From NCBI GenBank assembly GCA_013239625.1, contig MU053645.1, positions 248,001-312,000 of the forward strand: a stretch of 64,000 nucleotides of DNA, written 5' to 3'. The DNA comes from Lama guanicoe (Eukaryota). The translations under genes and the position numbers were made by a program. Below are positions 41,060 to 53,224 of the stretch, in pieces (the stretch's first letter is position 1; the number at the start of each line of letters is the position of its first letter). Under the pieces are notes generated by a model. That model made no database searches. It was not told the DNA's origin and worked only from the letters and a program-made list of their open reading frames with translations.

Positions 41060-41236
41060 TAAGGTTAGTAGATAAAGTACAGGACAAATTTAGTTAAATT
41101 TGATTTCCAAATAAATATATTTTAGCATAAGTATTTACTATTGGGACACCCTGACACTAAAAAACTTTTTTCTTTATCAAAATTCAAATTTAACTGGGCA
41201 TCCTGTATTTTTGTTTGCCAGATATGACAGCCCTAA
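41060..41236. mobile_element. MER53 palindromic hAT MITE
   Basis: TACAGGACAAATTTAGTTAAATTTGATTT and AAATTCAAATTTAACTGGGCATCCTGTA are inverted arms matching recalled MER53; central TTTAGCATAAGTAT...TTGGGACA. Confidence 0.8.
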
Positions 41237-43262
41237 TTCTAAATTCTCTCTTACCCTTCTATTTTTCTTCTTTTTTTTCCTCTCCATTTCCCCCACTCCC
41301 TTATCTGATCATCAGGGCCCTGGAATGTAAGATCTGAATAACGAAAACCACAAACTATAGAATTAAAACAAAATTTCATTCAGCACAGTGCTACTTCAGG
41401 GGATATTAAAGAAGCAGTATATATTATCTAGTATCCTCATAGCCTTTTTACAATGAAAAGTTTGATTGGAGCCAAGTGAAGTTGCTTGGGTCCACATTTC
41501 AATCTGTGAGTGTTAAAGCAAATAAAAGGCAAGTTGCCTCCTTAAAGACTTAATTGACTTTTGTTTTTATATAAACCTGAGATACATCCTTAGGCACTAG
41601 ATCTCTGTTACTGTAACTCATTCACACTGCACTGCAATTCTCTACCAAGAACATAATGATACATAAAATGCAAACAAATGGCAAGATGATTTGTAGCACC
41701 AAGAGAAATAAGTATTTACAAAAAATTGCAAGCACATTACTATATTTACCAATTACTGTAGAAAGTCACATCATTTGCCTATTTTAAAAAATACAAATTC
41801 TGATTTGTAAAGAGTGAGGAAGGCTTTTACAACTCAATCTCAGTGGAATCACAGAAATAGTTACTTTGTTATCTATGTCTTTAGATGAATTATCTTGTAT
41901 AAATTAACTGGCCATATTATAATTGATTTCTGTAAACCCTCTCCCAACCCAACTCACCAATCACTCGTGCCACTGCCAGATCCAAAAAGGTGGAGAGAAT
42001 GGGGAGAGGTTAATCTGGAAAGTTCTGGCCTCATTCCAGATCATCCCATCTGAAGGGCCTCAGGGAGATAGGCTGACAGTGAGTTATGCTTCTCTAACCC
42101 CTTCCCTTGATGTCCAAGCATTAAGATCTGTCTGAGAAGTTCCTTCTAAAAAGCATTTTGGATGCAATGTAAAACACCCACTTTCCATTTTAGTAAGGCT
42201 ATGTGTACTAGATGCCAACAAACATTTTGGTAATTTCCGTCAAATAACCAGTCAATTAATTCTGTTAGTATATTTTTGGAGGAGGGTGGTGGTGGTGTGA
42301 AAAAAATCACACCAATTTTCACATTGTGCTGGCTGGGGTAAACACAGACTCTGCTCCCTACAAATATTACCACTCTGTTTTTCACTTGTCTTAAACTACT
42401 TTACATCTTTCTATTCACATCTGTTAGTTCTGCCCTGAGTACAGTTGAGGAGAGGTTACAACTACTTCTTATTCAGTACAATATGTTGCTCAAGTATGAA
42501 AAGGCATAAATCAAGCATATATGTATAGTGTCCCTGATTAATGGAAGTTTCTCATATATATATATATCCCATATATCAGTGTGCATATATATATATAGCC
42601 TGCAACATATATACACATACATATATATAGCCTGCAACATCCACGTTATTAAAACTTTTAGAGTTTAACTTAACATTTTAGGGCATTTAATTTTTTGAAA
42701 CTCACTAAAATTTAAGGTAGTTAAAAAACCCATTACAGCAACTGGCAAGCATGGGTAGAGGTTAAGAGAAGCAAGGACATTTGTAGGCTCTTATTTATGT
42801 GTTTTTCTTTCTAATGACTGCCAATCTTCCAAGTCAGGAAATATTTGCACATGTTCTAGACATCTTCCTGAAGGTATGAGGCTCTCTTGAAATCATCTTT
42901 ACACTTGGCTGTGCCAATAACACTACAGCAAACTACAGTACCCCAAGAAAAAAATATACTCTTTCAAGCTTCCTAAATGACTCATTCAGCAGAAAGTAAT
43001 AAAAAAAAAAGTAGGGCTAATATTTCCATCCTTTGGAAATATTTATCTCTACACAGTGCCACTTTTTTTTATAGTCAGAGTAGAAAGTTACTTAGGTGGT
43101 ATAATTTTGAAAGGCCAACCTGTCTCCAGCATTGGCTTAACAGGGTGTCATTAGTCAATCCTTTCCATCAAGGCACATCTGCAGAGAGCCCCTATTAAAA
43201 TATGTCATTTGGGAGGGGGTCACTTTTGCACACCTTTTTTTTCCCACAAGAAGTTGTGCCAA

Positions 43263-43264
<2 letters not shown>

Positions 43265-43298
<34 letters not shown>
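43265..43298. repeat. (TA)n microsatellite
   Basis: Direct reading. Confidence 0.95.
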
Positions 43299-43302
<4 letters not shown>

Positions 43303-44002
43303 TTGCTAGTCCCTACGAGATTACAAAGGTGATTCAGATAGATTATCTGGACACACCCAATTTTTTTCATAATACCTACTTATAGAATGACAACCGAAAT
43401 AATAAAAGGAGGAAATGAATGTAGGCAAGAGAAAACATACTAAGATATTTACATTGAAATTTTTGCTTGGCATGTACCCCTGATGCTTTTTGTACCTAGT
43501 ATGTGCACTTTATGAGGTGCTCTGGAAGTATAGCCAAAATGAGAAAGTCCTGGTCTCTGCCCCTGAAGAAATTTGTGAACTAGTTTTAAAGACTAATGAA
43601 TTCTTAGGTATCCACTCCAAGCCTTGTAGCTGATTTTCTACTGTCATTGCAATACATTATTTTGTGACAAGGTGGGTGGGACTTGGCTGTTTGCAAATTT
43701 CTTGTAGAGGTTAGCCACCAGGAAAGCCTCAAGTTGTAAGTTCTGTTGAAACCTGCATCTCCATCTGAAGGGATAATATAAGAATTTTACTCAAGCAGCA
43801 CACATGGTACAGCACACACCTCTTCATCTCAATGCCAAACCTGTCTCCATCTGCCTATTCAACTCTCTTCCTCTGCCAGCCTCTACTCTTCCAGGCTATA
43901 GCCATTGGCTCCTACATGTAATTTATTCCAGCCTAGACTCTGGGAGAAGCTGTGTTCTTAAGCAGGGAACAAACCTTGTATATATATAAAAATTTTAATT
44001 TG

Positions 44003-44056
44003 TATATATATATATATACACACACACATATATGTGTGTGTGTGTGTGTGTGTATA
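44003..44056. repeat. (TA)n(CA)n(TG)n compound microsatellite
   Basis: Direct reading. Confidence 0.92.
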
Positions 44057-44195
44057 AATTTTCACCCATGTTCCTAGAAATGGGTCTATTAGAAAATATA
44101 CACATTATTTTAAATTTCCTAATTAAAAAAATCCTACCAATCGGAAAGCAATCATCTACAAAAGAGTTGCTGAGGTTGTTTCATGAGAAACACTA

Positions 44196-45020
44196 TTTTT
44201 TTTAAATTGAAATTTAGTCAGTTTACAATGCTGTGTCAATTTCTGATGTACAGCATAAGTTTCAGTCTTACATATACATAACATATATTCCTTTTCATAT
44301 TCTTTTTCATTATAGGTTACTACAAGATATTGAATATAATTCCCTGTGCTATACAGAAGAAATTGTTGTTTATCTATTTTATATATAGTAGTTAGTATCT
44401 GCAAATCTCTAACTAACTCCCAACTTATCCCTTCTCACCTACTCTCCCCACTGGTAAGTTTGTTTTCTACGTCTGTGAGTGTGCTTTTGTTTTGCAAATA
44501 AGTTCATTTGTGTCTTTTGTTTTTCAGACTCCACATATGAATGATATCATATGGTATTTTTCTTTCTCTTTCTGGCTTACTTTACTTAGAATGACAATCT
44601 CCGGGTCAATCCATGTGGCTGCAAATGGCATTATTTTATTCTTTTTTATGGCTAAGTAGTATTCCATTGTAGAAATATACCACAGCTTCTTTATCCAGTC
44701 AGCTGCTGATGGACATTTAGGTTGCTTCCATGTCTTGGCTATTGTAAATAGTGCTGCTATGAACATCGGGGTGAATGTGTCTTTTCAAATTAGAATTCCC
44801 TCCAGATATATACCCAGAAGTGTGACTGCTGGGTCATATGGTAAGTCTACTTTTAGTTTTTTGAGGAATCTCCATACTGTTTTCCACAGTGGCTGCACCA
44901 AACTACATTCCCACCAACAGCATAGGAGGGTTCCCTTTTCTCCACATCCCCTCCAGCATTTATCATTTGTGGACTTTTGAATGATGGCCATTCTGACTGG
45001 TGTGAGGTGACACCTCACTG
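44196..45020 (-). mobile_element. Young 5'-truncated L1 (ORF2 C-terminus + 3' UTR)
   Basis: ORFs 44785..45018 ([35 protein letters not shown]...LPYDPA) and 44524..44766 ([20 protein letters not shown]...) are the L1 ORF2p C-terminus; possible TSD ACACTATTTT / ACACTAATTTT. Confidence 0.95.
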
Positions 45021-45469
45021 GACACTAATTTTCAATGATTATTTTGTTGCCTCCCTCTTCCCTAGGGCTCCCAGTGGAAGCAATAACTGTGGCAAAGTAC
45101 CTCTAATCCTGCTCACCAGAAGACAGTAAAGTGTTATCAAGCACTTCTTTGTCTTCCTTGGGCTTCCAGGGGTTTGAGTAGGAATTTAGTCAGGAGCTTT
45201 TTAGTCATGATCTTCAAGTATCCTATAAAGTCCACCTGCTTGTCCCTGTCCACTACTGGAAATCTACTAAGTACCTCAGACTAGAGTGTGTCTTAGTGCT
45301 AATCACAAAGGAAACAAATATGCTGGAGGGACATATCATGAATAATCTTTACCGCTGACCTAAACTCACCAGTTTCCTGTAAACTTTTGAATTTGGGCAG
45401 ATATATTTTTTTAACTGGTTGATCTAGTTTAATGCCTTTTGGACTCTGACTTGTACCTGTTGAGCTGAA

Positions 45470-45710
45470 TATAATATAGGGGAGTTAAGAGTACAGACCT
45501 AGGGGCCAGACAAATTTTGGTTTGACTCCTGGCTTTGCAAATGACTAGCTTTGTTCAGTAACTCGAATTCTTGGGTCCTCAATGTCTTAATTTATGAGAC
45601 AGGGGAGATGATAACAATGGTATCTACCTCAAAACATTCTTATGAAATATAAAAGATACAAGGCAAATTAAGCACTAGACACAATGTAAGCACTCAGTGA
45701 ATGGTACCCA
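45470..45710 (+). mobile_element. MIR SINE
   Basis: GAGTTAAGAGTACAGACCTAGGGGCCAGAC...GTAAGCACTCAGTGAATGG. Confidence 0.75.
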
Positions 45711-46686
45711 TTTTTTTCAATGTTACCAATTTTTAGGACATTGAGCTCACTATCTTTAAAGTAACTAACATTTCATTCTCCATATTTTTTCCTCTGTCAA
45801 TTTGTATACGAAATAATTTTATTTAATTTTATTTCTTTTCTCAGAGTCAAGAAACGCTATTATTCTCCAAGGACTCTCAGATGTGTTCTTTTGATTGTGG
45901 TGGTGTTTTTGTTTTGTTTTGTTTTGCTTCTCTTCAGAGTTAATGATTTATACAAAATGTTACTGGCAGTGCTTAGAATATAATCAATCTTTTCCCTCAG
46001 GGGACCCTGAATAATCCAACCTCCTTTTCCTAGTCATAAAGGGACTCTGCCTACAAATGACATACCAAAAAGGAGCTTTATATTTTTCCAACACAAATTA
46101 CACATAAACCACCTCTATATAATTATTTCTTCAACTGAAAAGATACACAATTTATGCCTCATTGTTCCTCTCTTTCTCTACGCTCTAGTAGAGGAAGAAT
46201 ACAAACTCCTCAATGTAGCTGAGCAGAGAAAAAATTAGAGTGCAGGTTAAAGAACTGCTTATATATTCTGATATTCTTTTATATTTTAGCAGTATTTTAC
46301 TCATAGGCCTCTTTGTAAGACCCTGCCTTTAATGTAGCCCCAGCAAGATAAACGTGTAAGAGCTTCCATTTTTGCTTTGACACCTCCGGAGAGCTACAGT
46401 GGCATATTAATTTCTAAATGCTATTTCGGCATTACCCACTAAACTACCTTAGACACAGATACACAAATATGGTAAAATGTTGGAAAGCTCAAAAACCAAT
46501 TTAGGGCTCTTTCTTATTTTCAAAATTAGAACTGCCTAAATGCCATTTTCCAAAGTGCTTGTTTCATGAAATGTGGTGAGGATCTAGCTAACTAGATTTA
46601 GTGCTCAACTATTAGAGGATCAAGGAAAGCAAGAACTCTTGATACTTCAACAACTTCCACTGAATTTACTGAGAATCTGACCAAAG

Positions 46687-46688
<2 letters not shown>

Positions 46689-46739
<51 letters not shown>

Positions 46740-46897
46740 TAGATAAAATTTATATTCTATATAGTATAATTATATATTAATATATTATGTATATACACAT
46801 ACATGCATTTTGTATATACATGTAAATACATATTTATATGTATACACCTATATATATGTACATATATTACATATAAATATATATGCATATACATATG
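46689..46897. repeat. (TA)n microsatellite plus degenerate TA/CA low-complexity tract
   Basis: Direct reading. Confidence 0.9.
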
Positions 46898-49800
46898 CAA
46901 AATAAAATAAAACTTGAATCTAACATTTGTTTAATAAGATCACATGATGACTAATGTGATGACACATAATGATGACTAACTCACTAGAAGCATATGTTGC
47001 TGTAGAAAACATTGTCCTATATCGTATCTATGTCATTCTTCTAATTTGCTAGATATTTTTGCAGTCTTTTGTATTCTTGTTTGTCAGACAATTAATATTT
47101 ATATAAAACCGGTGTTCCATTATAACAAAAAATGTGAAGTAAGAAAAACCTTGATTTTCAATATATTAGACAAAGAGTATATTAGTGTTTTTAGCAATTT
47201 TCTCATCACTCTTTAAAATGGGCTTATCCACATAAATTTTCCTAGGATTCATATGTTAAAAACAGCTTTAAGTGTATAAGCTAATCATCAATTATCCAAT
47301 TTTATATGCCTATTTTTAAGTAACTATATTATTTCCCCCCTAGACACAGAGATTTATATTTTATAAAAATTTAATAGTTGGGACCCTTTTATCTGATAGA
47401 CCAAAGCCACCATGCTATAGTTTATTAATTCTGGCTTTTGTTTAGAAATATGTATTTGTCTCCATTCATTTAAATTTGTTCTTTCTGCTCCTAGAACCCA
47501 TTTATAAAATTAACTGGATTAAGTATCTGAAGACAAGAGACCATGATTTTTGCATTACCCCAACACACCAAATACAGAATTTGAATTTCTTTCTAAGTAT
47601 ATATGTGAACTTATTAAACAGATAAGAGAAGTTGTGAAAAGTTTTAACTGTGGCCTCTTGAGAGCACAAATTCTACATATGACTTTTATTTTCACCTTTC
47701 ATCTCTATCATGCTATTGTTTCTCCCTCCCTCAAGATTTATCAGGAGTTAGATGTAAATTCTGGTATAACACAAAAAGAAAAGGACAAGCCTACAACTCA
47801 GAACCTAGGTTATATTCCACAGTTGGAGAGGTGTCATGGCCAACATAGAAATATACCATTTTCTCCAAGGCCCTTAGGCCTCAGCGCCTTCCACTAATTT
47901 GGTCCCCTGAGTCTCTATTTATTTAGTGTATGTTGGTTCTTCCACTCCCACTGCAAATATTCAACCTCAGTTATCTTATTGAGGGAAAACTTGTTCCTGG
48001 AGTCTGAATTAGAAGTTTCATTAGATTTTCCACTCCCATCAAAAAAAAAAAAAGGACATCCCTCTTTCCTCCCTCCATTTGCCTAATTTCGCCCTAGCTC
48101 TCCCTGTCCTTTCTGTTACCCATCACACCCTCCTCATATGCAGAGGCTACAATCATAGGGAAAATAACCTCTTTCTTTATGTCTACTAAAACTAAATCAA
48201 TAAAAATGACCACTCCCCCTCAAATGGTTTCTGATCATTCTAACTAGCACCTAGTATGTATCATCATGCTTGGGATGTAGTGCACACTCAATAAATATTT
48301 TTCTTAATTGTATTATGGAAAATTAAACGCTCAAAGCAATGCTTTTATTCAATGGATAAGTTAATGTTTCCTATGCTAGAGCAGGCTGAGGGTTACTTAA
48401 GAAAGACCAATTCCTACTTTTGAGGCATATAATCCCAAGGAGGAGATATCATAGGAAGAAGGTGGAACCAAGAGAGGGCTCTGCTAGACTCACGGCACTG
48501 CACCAGGAAGGCACAACAGCCTAGTAAGCCTGTGGCTTCAACTCAGTTTCAGCTCTTGCTTCTTAGGCTTGCAATGTATAATGAAATGCACAGTGTTATG
48601 CACTTTATGGGCACTCAAGCAATATTTGTTGGCTGGCTTAATTGAGCTATATTTGCAAAATGTCAAGGATGTGAGGAAACTTTCCTACCTAAAAAGAAAG
48701 CATTCACAGTGCTAGACATTTGGTAGACAAATAAACAGTATAATTTCAGCCTAAAAGGAAAAATACTCAACCTCCTATCCAATAGGCCTAGTGGATAGGC
48801 AACCCAAATGTCAGCACCATGTTTCTGAAACTTAATTTAAAATATCATAAATTGTATGTCATCAACTTTGAGGACAGTTCTTTCCTGCCTTTCTGGTCCC
48901 ACTCCCTGCCCCAGCTTCAAATCCAGAAAATGTAACTAATAAACCTGAATCTCGCCTGTCAAGTGAGATTTCCAAGTAAGAGCAATGTGTCAAGCTGTGA
49001 TTTTTAAAAATCAGATTTAAGAGTGATGCATTGGATAGTTTTAAAAAGAAATTTCCATGTTCAACAGAGCACTTCCAGAGTACAAGCGATTCAGGAATTT
49101 GCTCATGATTGTAATGCCACACCTTCTATATCTGATTTAATCTGCCAAGTACCCACGGGCAGATGATGGCTCTAATAGCTCTCAAGGATGGATGCTTACT
49201 TATGATCACAGCATGTTTTTAAGTTTTAGAATAAGATGTTTGGCCCAATCCCCTCCTTCCACCAGCACCAAGTTCCAACTAGGCATCAGGCACATTTGGC
49301 AATTAAGCCCAAGACCCAATTGTAAAGTTTTATCCTATTTCAGGTGATTTTTTTTTTCTTTGCTTGAACCTTTTACCACTCCTTTTTCTGCCCTCCTCAC
49401 CTGCAAATTGCACCGTGGGAATAGGTGGTTGAGGTTATTCAGCGCACTCAAGACTTCATGAAGGTTAAGGCAAACTGGCTCATTCTGGAGATTCAGTTCA
49501 TTGTCTTACCCCACTAGAATTCTGCTTACCAAAGTGGTGTTACCAGTGTAACAGTAACACAGTTTTTCACCTTTGCATTGGGTATCATAGTAGTTACTGA
49601 GCTAAATATCAGGTCTTGCTATCAGGCAGTGAAGAATGGAAAAACATAATGAAAATAATTTTATTTGGTGAAGTGGGGAACTAGCCCAATTAATAGTCAA
49701 TCATCAACTTATATTTTGCAAGGTGGTGAAGGAACTATAAGATAGTTACTGTTGTGATGATGACAGTAAGAATAAGAATATTTTACATTTTATTGAGTTC

Positions 49801-50605
49801 CAGGTACTGTGCTAGGTGTATTATTGAAGAGTCAGAAGAAACACTGGAGATTACCCAAACACATTTATTTTATAATTGAGAAAATAGGCCCAGAAAAGAC
49901 AAGTTACATGCATAGTGTCAGTTAGTGGGACAGTCAGGTTGTCGTCCAATGTGCCATCCTAAAGGGTTCTGCTCTCTTTCTTAAAGCTTCATAAAATAAT
50001 TGTGGTCTCTCCATGTACACCGCTCTTTCAGAAGTTGTTTATTTTTAAAGAGTACCATTAAAAACAAGTTTCAACCTATTTTCTTTTTGCTAATATGGTC
50101 TCATTTGGGCAAATTCTAAATATTCCTTCAATTCAAATGACAATTCTTAAGCTATGAGACTAGCATCTAGGTGAAGAGGAAACTATGTTTTATAACTCTA
50201 CTAGAAGAAAAAAAAAAAGGAAGAGCAGTACTTGCTCCTAAAAAGAAAGAGAAAAATAAAATCCACAATTTTAAGTGAGGTTTATACTGGCAGGAGGTGG
50301 GAGAGGGTAGAAAGATAGGCATCTAATTAGAAGAAAAAGAAGGAAAGGAAGAGGGTTACAATGTGGAGTGTGCAACTCAGCCTTCATTTCAGTGTGCACA
50401 GACCTCAGCAGACAGCTGGAAACCTGCCAGAGAACTAGGCCTTGGAAACAAGCTGGAAGACATTGGAGAGATTTTAACCAAAACAAACACCAGCAGGGGA
50501 TGTGGTTGGCAGCACTGAAAAAGCAAAGGACTCTATGAGTCACTCTGACATAATTTTGAATGGTATCATGCTTCCATTTTGTTTTACAGGGTATTTATAC
50601 AGCAT

Positions 50606-50660
50606 TATATATATATATATACATATACACACACACACAAACACACACATACACACATAT
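50606..50660. repeat. (TA)n/(CA)n compound microsatellite
   Basis: Direct reading. Confidence 0.9.
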
Positions 50661-51004
50661 GTTCCTTATCTAATAATTATATAACATTACAAACATTAGA
50701 ATATGGGGTTAAAAATACAGAATAGAAAATTACACCCAATACCTCACTATTCTAACCATTTAATTAACCATTTTTCATGTGCATGTTTTAACACAGCTGT
50801 AATCAGAGTATATATACAATATCCAATAGTTTACTTAACGTCTTAAACATAGTTCTATGATGATAGATACCTTTGTAAACATTGCTCTTCAGAGCAAGAT
50901 ATATTAACTGAGTATAGGTACATAACTTCATCTTGTTCTTTACTATTTAGGATTTTGCTAAATTTATCTTTTTACAAGTAAATGGAACAGGAATTATGTT
51001 ATCA

Positions 51005-51240
51005 GTAGCTAACTTTTAAAGATAGCTACCATGTGCCAAGCCCTTTATGTGCATTATTTCTAAATTTTATAAAATCTTGTAAGGTAGGTATTATTAGCTC
51101 CATTTTATAAATAAAGGAATTTATTTTCAGAGGTTAAATGACTTGCTCAAGGACATAGCTAATTAATGGCCAGGTAAGCACTGAATCAGGTCTGTCTGAT
51201 TCTAAAGCAGGTCCACTTTACACCACAATATGCTACCTTT
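51005..51240 (-). mobile_element. MIR SINE, apparently nested in a very old antisense L1ME-like fragment (about 50680-51420)
   Basis: CTACCATGTGCCAAGCCC...CCATTTTATAAATAAAGGA...AGAGGTTAAATGACTTGCTCAAGGACATAGC; right flank TATATTTCCAGAAGTGGAATTATTGG is L1-like. Confidence 0.8.
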
Positions 51241-51688
51241 CTCCTAAAATGGATGTCTTTAGACTTTCCCTATATTTTGGGTGCTTATCATATATTTCCA
51301 GAAGTGGAATTATTGGTGTTAACAGTATGAATATTTTAAAAGTGTTTACTACATACTCAAGATTGTTTTCTAGGAAAGAGGTATTGATATGAAGTGCCAC
51401 CATTCCAGCACTTTTTACAGAAGGAAATTAATTTGAGGTAGGAAAAAAGAGGTCACATCAATGAGTGACAAGGGAAAATCTATCTGATGTAAATAAAGCA
51501 TCTGTAATCATTTACCTTCTATAACACAGAGGTTTCTACTTTGAAGATCTGTTAGTAGAAAGTGTCCTCTATCTCTGGATATGAATAGGTACCTATAAAA
51601 TTCTTAGGAATTATAAATGTGTATAGGATCTAGCATATAGTAGATGCTTCATGAAACGAAGGTGCCTCAGTTAAAAGAAATTGACATG

Positions 51689-52982
51689 GAATTCTCGCTC
51701 CTGACGTTATGAGGATGTGGAAAGCTGGAAAGAGTGCCACCTTAACCTAACAAGAAGAAAAAGCTGAATAATCTATGAAATCATAACTTTTCTTGGAACC
51801 CAGCGAGAAGTCTCAAGGAAACCAACCATCCGTCTGAAAAAAAGACAAGCACCTGTAGGGAGAGATGGGACATGAGTACTGGCTCACCTGTGGCTGCAGA
51901 GGGAAGACAGATCACTGCAGAAGCTGGTATAAACAATTCAGCTAAATTTTTAAAGAACTGCTAAAGGCCAAGTATGGGCTAGCATAAGGGTACAGTACTC
52001 TCATGAGTCTCAGATACAAGAGGAATTTATACACACTCATAGGCTTTTCTCCACAGATCATTACTTAGGAAGAAGCAATCGCAGTATACCACTAGGGGAG
52101 GCACAAGAGCACAAGGAAGGTCTAAAGCTCATATCCAAGAAGCTCTGAGAATCCCGAGGATGATAAATACTCCACCAAACACACACACAAAACAAAAACA
52201 AACACAAACCCCCTAGACCTTTCATTTTCAAACTGCTGAAAAACAAAGAAAAAGAGAAAAAACCTTTAGGGCAGCCAGAAGAAAAACACAAAGGAGCAAA
52301 GATAAGAATGCCAGCAGGCTTCAGAAACTATGCCAGACAAAGGACAACAGAGCTTTATCTTTAAAGGGCTGAAAGAAAAAACAGTAACTGTCAACCCAAA
52401 ATTCTATATTCAGTGTAAATATCTTTCAAAAATGAAGGAGAAATAAGGGCTTTTCACACAAACAAGGGCAAAGACTTCATTACCAGGAGCCCTGCACTAT
52501 AGGAAACATTAGAGGAAGTTCTTTAGGCTTAAGAAGTATCATATCCAGATAGAAACTTGGATTTACCCAAAGAAATAAAGATTCCAGAAACAGCTCAAAT
52601 GTGTATAAATATAAATTTTTCTTTTTACTTGTTCTAAAAGGTTACTGACTAAATCAAAAGTAGTAGTATTGAGTACAGGGACCAGTGTTGAGTAGTAGTA
52701 TTGAGTATTGAGTATAGCAGTAGTAAGATGGCTTATATCATATGTAAAAGTAAAACGTATAACATCCATAACCATACTATACAAGCTGGGGCACCACACA
52801 ACAAAGTAGTTGAATATTACTTGAAGGTATACTGTGTAATTTAAGATGCATATTGAAACATCTTGATTGTGGTTGTAGTCACATGATTCAACATGTTCAT
52901 CTAAACTCATAAAAGTGTACATTCAAAAGGATAAATTTTACTGAATGTAAACTATACCTCAATAAGCCTTAGTTAAAAAAAA
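51689..52982 (+). mobile_element. Old L1M-derived composite: 5' UTR-like segment, ORF1 C-terminal remnant, L1 3' end
   Basis: From about 52213 PRPFIFKLLKNKEKEK/(frameshift)FRAAR and from about 52389 CQPKILYSV*ISFKNEGEIRAF match L1 ORF1p motifs; ends TGTAAACTATACCTCAATAAG plus an A-run. Confidence 0.78.
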
Positions 52983-53183
52983 GAATTATCATGTACAACT
53001 CACCTTTTTACCCTCTTGACTTTTCTTCTTTTTATGGCATCACGATGCTGATGACTGCTGATGAGAAACCGTCTTTTTGTGTTATCTAACCTTACCTTTG
53101 CCTTTTGCCATATATGATTGAGGTTTTTTATTCTTAAGATCTGGTGGTGAAGAGAGCACTATACCTCCACATTAAAGCAAGTA

Positions 53184-53187
<4 letters not shown>

Positions 53188-53220
<33 letters not shown>
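53188..53220. repeat. (AC)n microsatellite
   Basis: Direct reading. Confidence 0.97.

Positions 53221-53224
<4 letters not shown>

Noticed and set aside
44524..45018. ORFs with clear protein similarity as a host gene
   Set aside because: They are interrupted fragments of the L1 ORF2p C-terminus in a 5'-truncated copy.
52659..52725. Repeated AGTAGTAGTATTGAGTA units as a spacer-repeat array
   Set aside because: Only two or three irregular copies inside an old L1; simple slippage in mammalian DNA, not a CRISPR-like array.
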